Assembly: GCA_000002435.2 (NCBI GenBank)
Contig: CM018793.1
Strand: one strand, 5' to 3'
DNA length: 64,000 nucleotides
From: Giardia intestinalis
Taxonomy: Eukaryota
Both the position numbers and the translations under genes were made by a program. How positions within the stretch are numbered: the stretch's first letter is position 1; the number at the start of each line of letters is the position of its first letter. The notes under the pieces are model-generated. The model made no database searches, was not told the DNA's origin, and saw only the letters and a list, made by a program, of their open reading frames with translations. Below are positions 9,863 through 20,200 of this stretch, piece by piece.

Positions 9863-11938
9863 ATGGAGAATTGTTCGCGAGTGTCCTCATATCCAAAGAT
9901 TGCTCACACCTCAACAGATGGCCCCATTACTTATGTTATTGGGCACAAAAATCCAGACAGTGACAGCGTTCTATCCGCCATATCGTATACAGCCCTACTA
10001 AGGCAGCTATACCCGCAGAACTTTTATGTTGCTGCCGCTGCGGGCCCAATCACGGCCCAGACACGCTATATTCTGGACCGCTTCAAGATGGATCATCCGG
10101 AAATAGTTCTAGACATCACGCCCAAGGCCGGTGCGTTTGCACGCCCTAACCTAATAACCATCAACGAGACAGACAGCATAGTCCGCGCCTTGGAGCTTTA
10201 TGCCAAGTTTCAGTTCAAGGTCATCCCCGTGGTGAACGCCGAAGGCTCATTTGGCGGGTTTCTCTCCTTGACGGATATCTTTAGTGCCTTTCTCCGGCCG
10301 CGTACTGAACGAGAACTTCGGATGGTTTATACAAGCGTGGGATCTATCCTGAATGCAGTGAGGGGGAAGTATCTCGGAAAGGTATCCCTTGTGAATGACG
10401 TGCCCACTCACCGGCTCATTTACACGCTCTCTATTAGCTACTCGTCTTTCATCGAGCTCACTGCCTCTATGACCCCTGAAGACTGGAAGATAGGCATCTT
10501 TGTCGTTGGATACCACATAAACATGATTCGATACCTAGTAGAGAAGTCGGCCGGGGTCATAATTATCTCTAAGGAGAGCAAAATCAACCTGATGACCGAT
10601 GATTACCAGGGCATAGACTTCTGTAGCGATTCCGAAAACGATATGGACGACGTTGACAGCCAGAGTCACGAGCTCGGCGTTTGTTTGCATGGAAGCGGCA
10701 TTGGCGACATGGAATCTAGTCGCAACTCTGCTGTGCTGAACGTTTCCTTCTCTGAGGACTCCTCACACATGGTGATTAAGCCAGACGACTGCCTTAATTT
10801 ATCTGGGTACAACAGTTCGTCGCACAATGTTCATGACGCCGGAGAGGTTGCAAGTATTGGCGAGGCCAATCTACACACTTTCAGCAAAAAGCGCAAGGCT
10901 CTTCCTGATGATCTGGTGAAGGCCATAAATGAGTCATCGACCACTGTCATAGTGACCCCGCTTGCAGTGTCCTCTACCACACTTCTAGTGAAACAATCTA
11001 CGCCCATAACAGAATACATCAATCGTGACCAGAGTCTTGTTGTCAACGAAAACGCGAAGCTCTCTGACGTAAGGGCAAAACTCAATACGGCAAAGCACGC
11101 TCATGCTATCTGTGTTGTGGACAAGGCGAACAATCGCCCTATAGGCGTCATCACTAGAATGGATCTCCTCAAGTCTAAGATGCGCAGAGTAATTCTGATG
11201 GACCACAACGAATTTAGCCAGTCCGTTGATGGCATCAAGAGTGATGGAGTGGAAGTTGTGGAGATCGTCGACCATCATCGCCTGGGGACAAACACCACGG
11301 TAACTCCCATTAAGATGACCGTCCGTACAGTTGGGAGTACATGCACTATTGTTGCAGGGATGTACAAGGAGTATGGTATAGTTCCATCAATAGAGGTCGC
11401 TAGCCTCCTTCTCAGTGGGATAATGTGCGACACATTGATCTTGCGGTCTCCTACGACAACGCGAATAGATGTCGTCACAGCCGAACACCTAGCAAAGCTA
11501 ACAGGACTACGAATTCAAGAATTAGGACCCTCAATCTTCAACGCGACATCGCCCTTAGTTAACTGCGAAGATAAAGTGAAGCTTATTAAGACAGACTACA
11601 AACTCTACACAGTTGATGGGACAGATAAAAACATTTCAGTTGCCCAGGTGGAAACAACCTCTTTAGAAGCTCTCACGCCCACTCTAATAAAGGAGCTCCA
11701 GGAAACATTGATGGATTTGCGTAAAGTAGAGAAGCTATGGGCGATTGCCCTTTTGATCACAGACGTAGTTACATCCAACTCTATCCTCATGTGCGAAGGA
11801 CCTATCGAGATAAAGGATGTCATGGGATATCCTAATTATGAAGATTACGACATGCTTTTCGAAATGAAGGGCGTGGTTTCCAGAAAGAAGCAGTTGCTGC
11901 CTCACCTTATGACAGTGCTTCCTCTTGCTGTGAATTGA
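9863..11938 (+). CDS. DHH-family (family II, Mn-dependent type) inorganic pyrophosphatase-like protein with a CBS-domain pair inserted in the catalytic domain (CBS-PPase architecture)
   Basis: N-terminal DHH motif I 'VIGHKNPDSDSVLSAISY'. DHH motif III 'EIVDHHRLG'. A DHHA2-like region follows ('GSTCTIVAGMY', 'LSGIMCDTLILRSPTTT'). Two CBS-like segments lie between the DHH motifs ('IVRALELYAKFQFKVIPVVNAEGSFGGFLSLTDIF' and 'KLSDVRAKLNTAKHAHAICVVDKANNRPIGVITRMDLL'). ATG at 9863 after an AT-rich 'taaaatcagtaaaaagggg'. Confidence 0.7.
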   Translation: MENCSRVSSYPKIAHTSTDGPITYVIGHKNPDSDSVLSAISYTALLRQLYPQNFYVAAAAGPITAQTRYILDRFKMDHPEIVLDITPKAGAFARPNLITINETDSIVRALELYAKFQFKVIPVVNAEGSFGGFLSLTDIFSAFLRPRTERELRMVYTSVGSILNAVRGKYLGKVSLVNDVPTHRLIYTLSISYSSFIELTASMTPEDWKIGIFVVGYHINMIRYLVEKSAGVIIISKESKINLMTDDYQGIDFCSDSENDMDDVDSQSHELGVCLHGSGIGDMESSRNSAVLNVSFSEDSSHMVIKPDDCLNLSGYNSSSHNVHDAGEVASIGEANLHTFSKKRKALPDDLVKAINESSTTVIVTPLAVSSTTLLVKQSTPITEYINRDQSLVVNENAKLSDVRAKLNTAKHAHAICVVDKANNRPIGVITRMDLLKSKMRRVILMDHNEFSQSVDGIKSDGVEVVEIVDHHRLGTNTTVTPIKMTVRTVGSTCTIVAGMYKEYGIVPSIEVASLLLSGIMCDTLILRSPTTTRIDVVTAEHLAKLTGLRIQELGPSIFNATSPLVNCEDKVKLIKTDYKLYTVDGTDKNISVAQVETTSLEALTPTLIKELQETLMDLRKVEKLWAIALLITDVVTSNSILMCEGPIEIKDVMGYPNYEDYDMLFEMKGVVSRKKQLLPHLMTVLPLAVN

Positions 11939-13841
11939 CACCCTCCTTCTTTTCGAAGACCCTTGAGGTTGTTAATGCGTATATCACTCCCAAAAGTCCG
12001 ACCATTAGGCATGCTCCTATGGTAAATACTATCATTAAGTAGGTCTCTTTGAACACGATCGTGGAGACTTTGTAGGGCACGTCATTAAAGAATATAACTG
12101 CAGAGAGTGTATTGCGGTAGTGCTGAAGACGGATTTCCTTAAGTAGATCCCAACAGTTGAGGCTTTTCGCAGGCATATAGTTTTTGCAAGTTATTGTGAT
12201 ATGTTTTTTCTGATAGAAGTATGTGTCTGGTATCGAAGTTGAGAGATAGAAATCGCCGAGAAGTACTTGGTCCTGGTACGTTTCGGTAAAAGGAAACTGC
12301 TCATAGAACTCCAACCGGATGTCGGTAATAGTGGATGTATAAGCGAGCTTTTCGTCAGTGTTGTTGAGCGCAGATGTGCAGACATTGATCTTTCTATCCT
12401 TTGTGCTCTCAGCCACTAGGTTGTTGATGGCGACAGTGTGAGAATAGTTTGGAAGCAGAAGAGAATAGCACGACGTTGTGGTTGTATACTTTATGAAATC
12501 TCTGAAAAAGAACTGTATGTAATTCGCATAAACAATAAGCTGCGGACGCATAAGGCAAGGAACATAGAGCGTCTTAACGTGGTGCAAAAGGTGAAAGATC
12601 TTTTTATCGCTTGCTTGAAATTTTGTTTGGATTGCGATAATAACGTTATCCATTGTTAGCTCTGTGGCTTTATAAGTATTTGATGTGAAAAACCTTTTCA
12701 GGTCGTACTCTACCCAGAAGACAGTATTGTAAAAGCCCCTGTTGGTACAGCTGGTGCTCAGTATTTGGAGTGGATTAGGCTCTACCGTCAGCTTATCTTG
12801 AAGAGACTCAGACAGATAGGTGTTGTTGTAGAACATTGTTAGGTTGGAACCTATAAGTGTACTTTTCACCGCAGTGTAGCACCAACTGGGCGCGTCGTCA
12901 CGAAAGAAATAATACTGACGCATACACCTGTCCATTATGATACCGTCTGTAGTCCAAAAGCAGGTGTAAACTAGATCAGACTGCGAGCACGAGCCAAACG
13001 ACGAAAAGGAAAGGCTTTGAATGTTGTCATTGTTAATGCTAACATCGCCTTCTTCATGAACAAGATAACCGGTGATATAGTCCAGGCGAATAGTGACGTT
13101 TGGAGTGTATCCATAGATTATAGAAGATGAAATATCGCAGTTTGAGGAGGAAGACACAAGGCTGGTGGTGCAGCTCGCACATACCTGTGTTATTGCCGTA
13201 TGATTATAGTATCTAAGTCCCAAGATGGGATCTGTTTGCAGAAAGTCGTCGTCAAGTGGTATAGTCACCGTCGTCTTATCGCTAATTACCCACGACATTG
13301 TTCCAGTGATGTTGCAAACCATAGGATGCTGCACACGCACGGGTAAGGGGATGTATCGAGGAATGAAGTGCATGCATGTCTTCGAAATGCCAGTAGCCAC
13401 ATCGGAATAGAGTACAAAGTAGGGGTCTGTCCACGACTTAGCCAAGTCATGGACCCGCGATACAGAGTGCAGAATGGGAATGCTGAAACCCTCGTCTTGA
13501 ATGTCCCTCATGAAGGATACGTAGAAAAGTTGAAGACCATCGAGCTCCTGCATACATTCAGGGTTCCCGCCTTCCATAATGTCTGTGCATGTAAAGCGAA
13601 GAGAAACTAGACTAGTAAAGGCTATATTTGTAAGCTCAACAAGAAAGCTCCACGTTCCTGCCTGAAGCCTGACGAGCATTCCGTCCGAGGGGAGGGAACA
13701 GTTGCCAACCTCCGGGACAAATACAATAGTGAGTAGACAGTAGGCAAGATCTTTATAGATGATGAGCTCGGAACTGTTAATTGGACAGAGAGACGAAAGG
13801 ATCCTGACACTAAGAAGAATAATGATAAGACATGCAAGCAT
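11907..13841 (-). CDS. Type I membrane glycoprotein (signal peptide, many N-x-S/T sites, one C-terminal TM), hypothetical
   Basis: The N-terminus 'MLACLIIILLSVRILSSLC' looks like a signal peptide. The C-terminus has 'LMIVFTIGACLMVGLLGVIYAL' followed by a charged tail. ATG at 13841. The 3' end overlaps the convergent gene 9863-11938 by 32 nt. Confidence 0.65.
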   Translation of the reverse strand: MLACLIIILLSVRILSSLCPINSSELIIYKDLAYCLLTIVFVPEVGNCSLPSDGMLVRLQAGTWSFLVELTNIAFTSLVSLRFTCTDIMEGGNPECMQELDGLQLFYVSFMRDIQDEGFSIPILHSVSRVHDLAKSWTDPYFVLYSDVATGISKTCMHFIPRYIPLPVRVQHPMVCNITGTMSWVISDKTTVTIPLDDDFLQTDPILGLRYYNHTAITQVCASCTTSLVSSSSNCDISSSIIYGYTPNVTIRLDYITGYLVHEEGDVSINNDNIQSLSFSSFGSCSQSDLVYTCFWTTDGIIMDRCMRQYYFFRDDAPSWCYTAVKSTLIGSNLTMFYNNTYLSESLQDKLTVEPNPLQILSTSCTNRGFYNTVFWVEYDLKRFFTSNTYKATELTMDNVIIAIQTKFQASDKKIFHLLHHVKTLYVPCLMRPQLIVYANYIQFFFRDFIKYTTTTSCYSLLLPNYSHTVAINNLVAESTKDRKINVCTSALNNTDEKLAYTSTITDIRLEFYEQFPFTETYQDQVLLGDFYLSTSIPDTYFYQKKHITITCKNYMPAKSLNCWDLLKEIRLQHYRNTLSAVIFFNDVPYKVSTIVFKETYLMIVFTIGACLMVGLLGVIYALTTSRVFEKKEGVNSQQEEALS

Positions 13842-13950
13842 TTAGCACCTTGTCTTGATGTCGGTGTACCGGTTCTTTCAGAGCGGCTGCTCCAACCCAG
13901 TGCAAAAGTAGTTGGGCTTTAAAAAGTTTAATTACTCTTCCAGGCGCGCG

Positions 13951-14529
13951 ATGAACCTGGAGGACGTCCTGCGAGAGACACCCATGGAGACGTTAGAGCG
14001 TGTGCGACAGCGGCTTAGACAGGAAAGCACATCCACTAATGCTAAGGGAACCCTACCAAGACCAACCTTCGGCGATGGCACAGGACCTACCAGGGTGGGT
14101 AGTGTGATTGCTGACAGCATGCCAGTTATGCCAGAGATGGATTTAGCCACTATTCTTGAAGCTGCGGGAGTAGATACAACGAAGATGTCCTATGCAGCAG
14201 TTAATCTCGATCAGGGTGAGCGAGATAAGGAGAAGAGGAGCATTCTCACTCTTTCAAGTTTAGAGTACACAGCCGACGCTTTCCCCTTCATGGATGCTGA
14301 TAGCGTCGATGAATCTGTGATGCATCTTACTGCAATGCCCATTAAGAAGCCTACTCCTAAAAGGCGGTCAACACTACCCGCTGCTAGGTCATTTACTTCA
14401 TTGGGAGTGGCAGTCTCGGAGATCTTGAAAAACGTATCTCTCGAGGGCCCTCAGATATACTTTCAAACGTATACTACACTCAAACCATCCAATATATCTA
14501 TTTCAGATTGTGTGGAAGATAGCTTGTAA
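13951..14529 (+). CDS. Hypothetical protein (about 192 aa counted from the first ATG; the ORF-track start at 13912 is TTG)
   Basis: Open frame with ATG at 13951 (MNLEDVL...). No recognisable domain. Confidence 0.4.
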   Translation: MNLEDVLRETPMETLERVRQRLRQESTSTNAKGTLPRPTFGDGTGPTRVGSVIADSMPVMPEMDLATILEAAGVDTTKMSYAAVNLDQGERDKEKRSILTLSSLEYTADAFPFMDADSVDESVMHLTAMPIKKPTPKRRSTLPAARSFTSLGVAVSEILKNVSLEGPQIYFQTYTTLKPSNISISDCVEDSL

Positions 14530-14928
14530 ATTATTTTGACTGTTCATTGACCAAAAGATTAATCGATCGACAGTCATGAAGCAGGCGATAGTGGGATTTG
14601 CTTTAGCTACTTTAACTGTTGTCAGCGCTAAAACATCGGAGACTCCTGTAAGCTAACTCGAGACGCTCACGGCTTTAAAGCAATAGATGCACGAGTGCTC
14701 TGTAGTACTCTGCAATACTGGACTGTTTTCTATATTTTAGCAGGCCGTCTGCGCTGGTTGGTAGTGCGAGTTCTGTGCCCAGTGCCCGCCCCAGCACCTA
14801 GGTGCGGCGCGATCTGATGAGAGTAGAAACAAGGCAGAGACAAGTAGTTGGGCAAGATGTGCATCAAGTACTTGAGCTAGTAACAACTGAAGGGGGTATT
14901 TTGCTGAAGCAGAGTAGGTAGATCAGCG

Positions 14929-15510
14929 ATGCCCAGTAAATTTAAAATGGACGATCTACAAAACAGTTACACAAAGTCCCCTCCAAGTGCAAACCGGTCG
15001 ATCAGAAGGCAGCCCAACGCCAGTCTTCACTTGTCCTCAGCGCCCATGACCATGTCTTTAAAGCACGAAATTCGACTCCCAGTGTTGACCAGGGCATACA
15101 CTATACGGTTACAAGAAGAGGCAATGCGAAGAATCAAGAATGGCTTCGTCAGCTTACAGAAGCTGAGACGAGAGCCTCCATACAGAAACACAAAGCAGCA
15201 ACTTGCGAGCTCAGGCGCGATATCAATCTCCGACATTGTGACCAGTCTTACACAAGATCTACTAGATGAATTTATTACTCGTGTATGTAGTGAGGTAACC
15301 ATCTCAATGGACAGACTTCTTGTAGAAATGGGGATCAAGAACGGTCCTCCTCACCTTTCCGGGGCTATTCCTTTGACAGAGACGCTCACGACATCAATGC
15401 TTAACAGCACGGCAACGCTAAGTGGTCCAGGTCTGTCTTTACACCAGGGTCCGTCTCGGATAACACAAAAAGCCTATCCCCATCACAAAGTACCCGCTAG
15501 AAGTAAATGA
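14929..15510 (+). CDS. Hypothetical protein, 193 aa
   Basis: ATG at 14929 (MPSKFKMDD...). Convergent with the MORN gene, 30 bp apart at the 3' ends. Confidence 0.45.
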   Translation: MPSKFKMDDLQNSYTKSPPSANRSIRRQPNASLHLSSAPMTMSLKHEIRLPVLTRAYTIRLQEEAMRRIKNGFVSLQKLRREPPYRNTKQQLASSGAISISDIVTSLTQDLLDEFITRVCSEVTISMDRLLVEMGIKNGPPHLSGAIPLTETLTTSMLNSTATLSGPGLSLHQGPSRITQKAYPHHKVPARSK

Positions 15511-15540
15511 AAAGAACGCAGATTGGGGTGCAGAAGGTAC

Positions 15541-17247
15541 CTACTTTGGAACCCTTCCTAGTCCATCAGAGGGTCGCTTCATCGGATCACGGTATCCCAG
15601 GGCCCCGCGAATGCCGCCTGAACTGGCGAGCCGATTGGCTGGAGCTAGCGTGTTATTACTCAGCTGTAAGAAGCGGGAAGGCGCGGGATGCACGCTGACC
15701 CCTGTAATCAAAGAACTCGCCCCAAGGCGCGCTTTAGAGCCTGACAGAGCTTTTTCCATGGTCCCTGCCATCGAAATAGCAGCTGTGGAAGCTGACTCAA
15801 GTCCTTGGTTCGTCCCCATCTGCGTAAGTGGCACCGTTCCAGGGATCACAGAGCTCTGCAACGAGCTTCCATGACCATGCTTAACATCATTATGCCACGA
15901 TCCTTCGTAAACGCTCCCATCGGAGTACTTGCAGATGCCAGTGCCTTCACGAAGATTATTAGCAAAGGACCCCGTGTAGACGGACCCATCCTCGTAATAC
16001 TGAATTCCTTGGCCGTTTCTCTGGTCATCCTTCCAGGCCCCTTCGTACTTGCATCCATTAGCCTCCTCGAAGGTTCCATTGCCTTCGCGCACATCGTTGA
16101 GCCACTCGCCTCTGTAAACACTGCCATCTGGATAGCGGCACGTTCCTCGGCCAGCTCTCTTGTCGCCATTGTAATGACCTGAATATGTCTCTCCATTTGC
16201 GCGCACCTGGGTGCCTTGGCCACATTTGTTCCCTTCAAAGAACTCACCTGTAAAGCGTGTCCCATCTGAGTATTGAATGGACCCACTCCCATGAGCAAAG
16301 CCATTGCGAAACCCGCCCTCATAGACACTGCCATCTGTAAACTCTATACGGACCCGTTCGCCAAGAATCTCGTCGTTCCTGAACTCTCCTACCCACCGTG
16401 TTCCATCAGGAAGAGTCAGGACACCAGGTCCATGCCGCCTATCATTGTTCCACCTTCCTTCATAGACAGAGCCATCGGTGTACTTCATAGTTCCGGTTCC
16501 AGACCGACAATCATTGCACCATTGACCCGTGTATGTACCTCCCTGTTCCTCGCCTGGATCGGGCGCGTACAGCATGGTTCCTCGGCCATTGCGTTTATCA
16601 TCTACCCACTCGCCTTGGTATCGGGAGTTGCCGTCTACCATAGTGCCAGTGCCATGCCGCTTACAATTGAGAAAGTCGCCACTGTATATGGCTCCGTTGA
16701 CAAGAAAGAGCTTGCCTTGGCCGCACATAAGGCCCTTGACCCATTCGCCCTCGTACCGGCTTCCGTCGGCAAACTCACACGTGCCCTCTCCATCAGGAAC
16801 CTCGTCCCGGAAGTTACCGACGTAGCGTTCTCCCGATGCATATTTAAGGCTACCGTGGCCATCACTCCTTCGGCCCTCACAGAAATTGCCTTCGAAGATG
16901 TCTCCGTTGGGTAATTGGACTTCCCCCTTGCCATGTGGAAAGTCATTTTGCCAGTTACCCTTGTAAATGGTTGTATCCGGATACCGGCAAGTCCCATATC
17001 CTGAACGCACGTTGTGCTTGAACTCACCTTGGTATGACTCGCCAGACGCTGTCTCCAGCTCTCCAATCCCATGCCGCATGTCGTCCTGAAAGTCTCCTCT
17101 GTATCTATCACCGCAGGTTGCATTCGTTGTCTCCTTAAGAGTGCGGGCCAGATGTTCATTTGCAGTCCCTCCTGTGGGCATACGAGGCGCCAACTGAGAT
17201 CGACTCAGATCCGCTGCTCCAGAGCGAAACGATCCTGCGCGACTCAT
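15541..17247 (-). CDS. MORN-repeat protein
   Basis: About 20 tandem MORN units of the form Y.G.W..(D/N)..(H/N)G.G (for example 'YEGEWVKGLMCGQGKLFLVNGAIYSGDF' and 'YQGEWVDDKRNGRGTMLY'). The ORF-track start at 17262 is TTG. The first ATG is at 17247, with the AT-rich 'aaaattttaaaaaattatc' upstream. This start lies only 24-40 bp from the stop of the next gene. Confidence 0.8.
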   Translation of the reverse strand: MSRAGSFRSGAADLSRSQLAPRMPTGGTANEHLARTLKETTNATCGDRYRGDFQDDMRHGIGELETASGESYQGEFKHNVRSGYGTCRYPDTTIYKGNWQNDFPHGKGEVQLPNGDIFEGNFCEGRRSDGHGSLKYASGERYVGNFRDEVPDGEGTCEFADGSRYEGEWVKGLMCGQGKLFLVNGAIYSGDFLNCKRHGTGTMVDGNSRYQGEWVDDKRNGRGTMLYAPDPGEEQGGTYTGQWCNDCRSGTGTMKYTDGSVYEGRWNNDRRHGPGVLTLPDGTRWVGEFRNDEILGERVRIEFTDGSVYEGGFRNGFAHGSGSIQYSDGTRFTGEFFEGNKCGQGTQVRANGETYSGHYNGDKRAGRGTCRYPDGSVYRGEWLNDVREGNGTFEEANGCKYEGAWKDDQRNGQGIQYYEDGSVYTGSFANNLREGTGICKYSDGSVYEGSWHNDVKHGHGSSLQSSVIPGTVPLTQMGTNQGLESASTAAISMAGTMEKALSGSKARLGASSLITGVSVHPAPSRFLQLSNNTLAPANRLASSGGIRGALGYRDPMKRPSDGLGRVPK

Positions 17248-17286
17248 ATGCAGCTGTTCCAACGAGATAATTTTTTAAAATTTTAC

Positions 17287-20200
17287 TTATGCTAAGCCAG
17301 TCATCTCGATGTCCTCGGCAAAGGTAGAAAGACTATCCAGTACTTTAAGGGTTCGGAGTGTTGGTCTGTCGCAAACCTTCAGAAGTGCACGGCGAGCAAT
17401 TGGAAGTAGGGGCCACGTGGCCAAAATCTGGCTGATCACCAGGAAGAAGGAATCCCGCGGAACATTATCTGCCTTGCAGTAGTCTATGTTTGGGTTTCTA
17501 TATGGCATGGAATTGTCGACAAGGATTCCGATAGCAGTGGAGGCTTGCTGAACGTCTGGCTCGTACGCAGACAGCAAGTAATTACAGTACATGAGTATCT
17601 GTGACTCAAATACGTTGAGCCTTTCTCCACTTCTTAGGCTAGATATCACTACTAGCTCATTGGCGTGGGCGAACTTTTTGTTTCTACGCTGGATCTTCGC
17701 ACCCTCTATGCTAATCTGTTGTATGAATGCATTGATAATATCTTCGTTATCATTATCATGCATTAAATAAAATGCAACCTCTTTTGGTAAAGACCCAATG
17801 AATTTCCGACACAGAGCCTGAAACCTGTCTGTAAGTGATGCAGCCGTAAGTAATTGACCGCTTGGTACCATCTGGCTAGTGGGTTGTTGGAGTCTAGCGT
17901 CTATACTTGCCTTAGAAATAATAATGCCTGCTGTGCAGCCGCATGGCAAATATGCTCGAGGATTAGTAACGTAGCTGTCTGCCTGCATAAGCCTCATGCC
18001 CTTAATTCGCGCTGTCCCCCTAGTAGCCATAATGTGCAGTGGAGTTTTTACGGGGGTGTCTAGTTCATTTGTAGGGGTAGATTGCAGCTTTTTAGGCTGA
18101 TCGTTTTCATCTTTTTGGGGCACCTCTATCAGCCCAAGCGCCTTATACCTCTCTTCAAGCTTGAACGTCCTTAGAACAAAATCCTTGTCATAAATATTCT
18201 CCAAGTTGAGCCAAATGTAATCGACTGCGCTGTCACTAGATAGCTCGACTGGCAAAGGGCTTGTTGTGGTAGTGGTATACTTTAGCAACGTCTTTATTTC
18301 TTCCATCTTCTCGTCTGTAATATTTAGTGATAGAGCAGAAGAAGACTGTTGGTGTACGGGCATCCGTTCTCGAAAATTTAGAGACGACGCGATGCTCATT
18401 CCTATGTTAATGTTTGCACCCGCCATGTTTGCGATATGCAGTGAGGTATCCATCAACATATTGTGTGAGCGTCCCCCAGCATGGTGGTTGTCCTCGTGGG
18501 GGGTCCCGCGAGCATGACTGTTAGCAACAGAGACACCCTCTGTCTGCGTCATTGTTGTGTGACTACTGTGTATGCTCCTGAGGGGGGTCATAATAAAGGT
18601 TTCCACTTCCTCATTTGAAAGGAGTTTGGCACGGTAAAATGTATCAAACAGTTCCACAGGCGGGAGGCATCCGTAAGACTCGCCAGAACGTGATAGACGA
18701 GTGACCTCCCAGCCTAACTTATCAACAAAGTAACTCCTTATACGGGCATTGAGGCAGCAATGGCTTATACAAAGGGTTGCGGTTTGTTTAACCTTATATG
18801 AATCTGAAAAAATTGCCAGATTGTGCAGGAGGTGTAAAAGAAGAGGCGGAAATTTCCAATCGTGCTTGTAGTGGATAAATGATTCATTAGAAGCAGAACA
18901 CTGTGAGGATGTTTCGTAGAGATGAGACGTTGAGCAGCTCGTCTTATTAAATATATTTGAAATCGTTCCTCCTCTATGACTACAAACTGTGTGCATCAGT
19001 TTTCCGCGTGTACTAAGCATGGGGGCGTCGCCAAGGCTTAAGCCTGTAAGCTGGTAGCCGGGAATATTACTGATCAGACCAGTACCCCCGAACGCATTAG
19101 TCATGGAGTTTATTGGGTTCCAATTTGTGACTCCAGACTGTTCTCCCGCGGTGATGAAGCTGCTAGCAACGCTGTGGCATGTATACACCGAATGGATTGA
19201 TTCATCGTCATTACCGTCCAATGTTTCATTACTAATTGAGATAGAATCTTGTCGCAAATAGTTGCATGAGGGATCCAGTGACGCCTTTGCAATTATCTCT
19301 TTGAAGCCTGCCTCTGACTGGGCAATGAAGGCAATTGACCAGAGAGATGCTCTATACTGTAGCGTAAATCGATTTTCTACAGGGTTGAGCAATATCTCCA
19401 TGATTGTCTTGAAGATGCCTGTCTTGATAATCAGCTCACAGCCTTGTGGCGTTTTGGCCAGTTCTGCTAGAAGGCATGGACGGAGGTGGGTAGGTAGAAT
19501 ATTGGACACTCTGTTTCGATGAGAGGAATCCGGACCATTATACTGATTCATATAGTCGCTGAAGAAACCACACGGGTTAGACATGCCCTTATTTAGCCGT
19601 CCGGTCATTGCCTCTGTTGTCAAAAAGGATAGCGCTGAGGCAGGCCTTTCGAAGCCAATCGACGTACTGCTAGCGGTGTCCTTCTCCCTGATCTGTCCAG
19701 TGTTGGCAATGAACAGCTCACGAAACGCAGGTGGCATGTCAATCGACGAGTAGGGCAGATAAAGACTAGACCTTCCTAAACGTGTGTGATGTGGCATCAC
19801 CAAGTGGTCATACATTAGCTCGTCAGCTTTGTAAAAGGTTAATGATGCCGCGTCCCCCCTAACTCTATATGGAATTTTTTCTTGGAAAAAAGCTGGCAAG
19901 GAGTAATTCTGTGCAATTCCCAAATCAATATTCGAGTATATTCTTGCCTCTAGATTAAGGGTCCACTCCATGGCTGGAGCAAGACCATTGGCCCAATATT
20001 CCAGTAGAGGCATAAGAATGTTCTTTTCATCTTTAATGTAATGCAATCCTGCAGGACAGGAAGCCAACCGTTCGATAAGAACCTCTCCTATTCGACCATA
20101 TGTCACAAAAGATGGTTTTAGTGACACTATATATTCAAGAATAAGCACATTCTTTTCAGAACTAAGCTCCTCTAAGGCAATAAGGGCACAGATTGCTATT

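Noticed and set aside
15611-17159. Several 87-213-aa ORFs antisense to, or frame-shifted within, the MORN-repeat gene (for example 16273-16914 and 16635-17159).
   Set aside because: They are nested inside a confidently identified repeat-protein gene. The Gly/Ser/Ala-rich translations are typical of off-frame reads of a repetitive GC-rich CDS.
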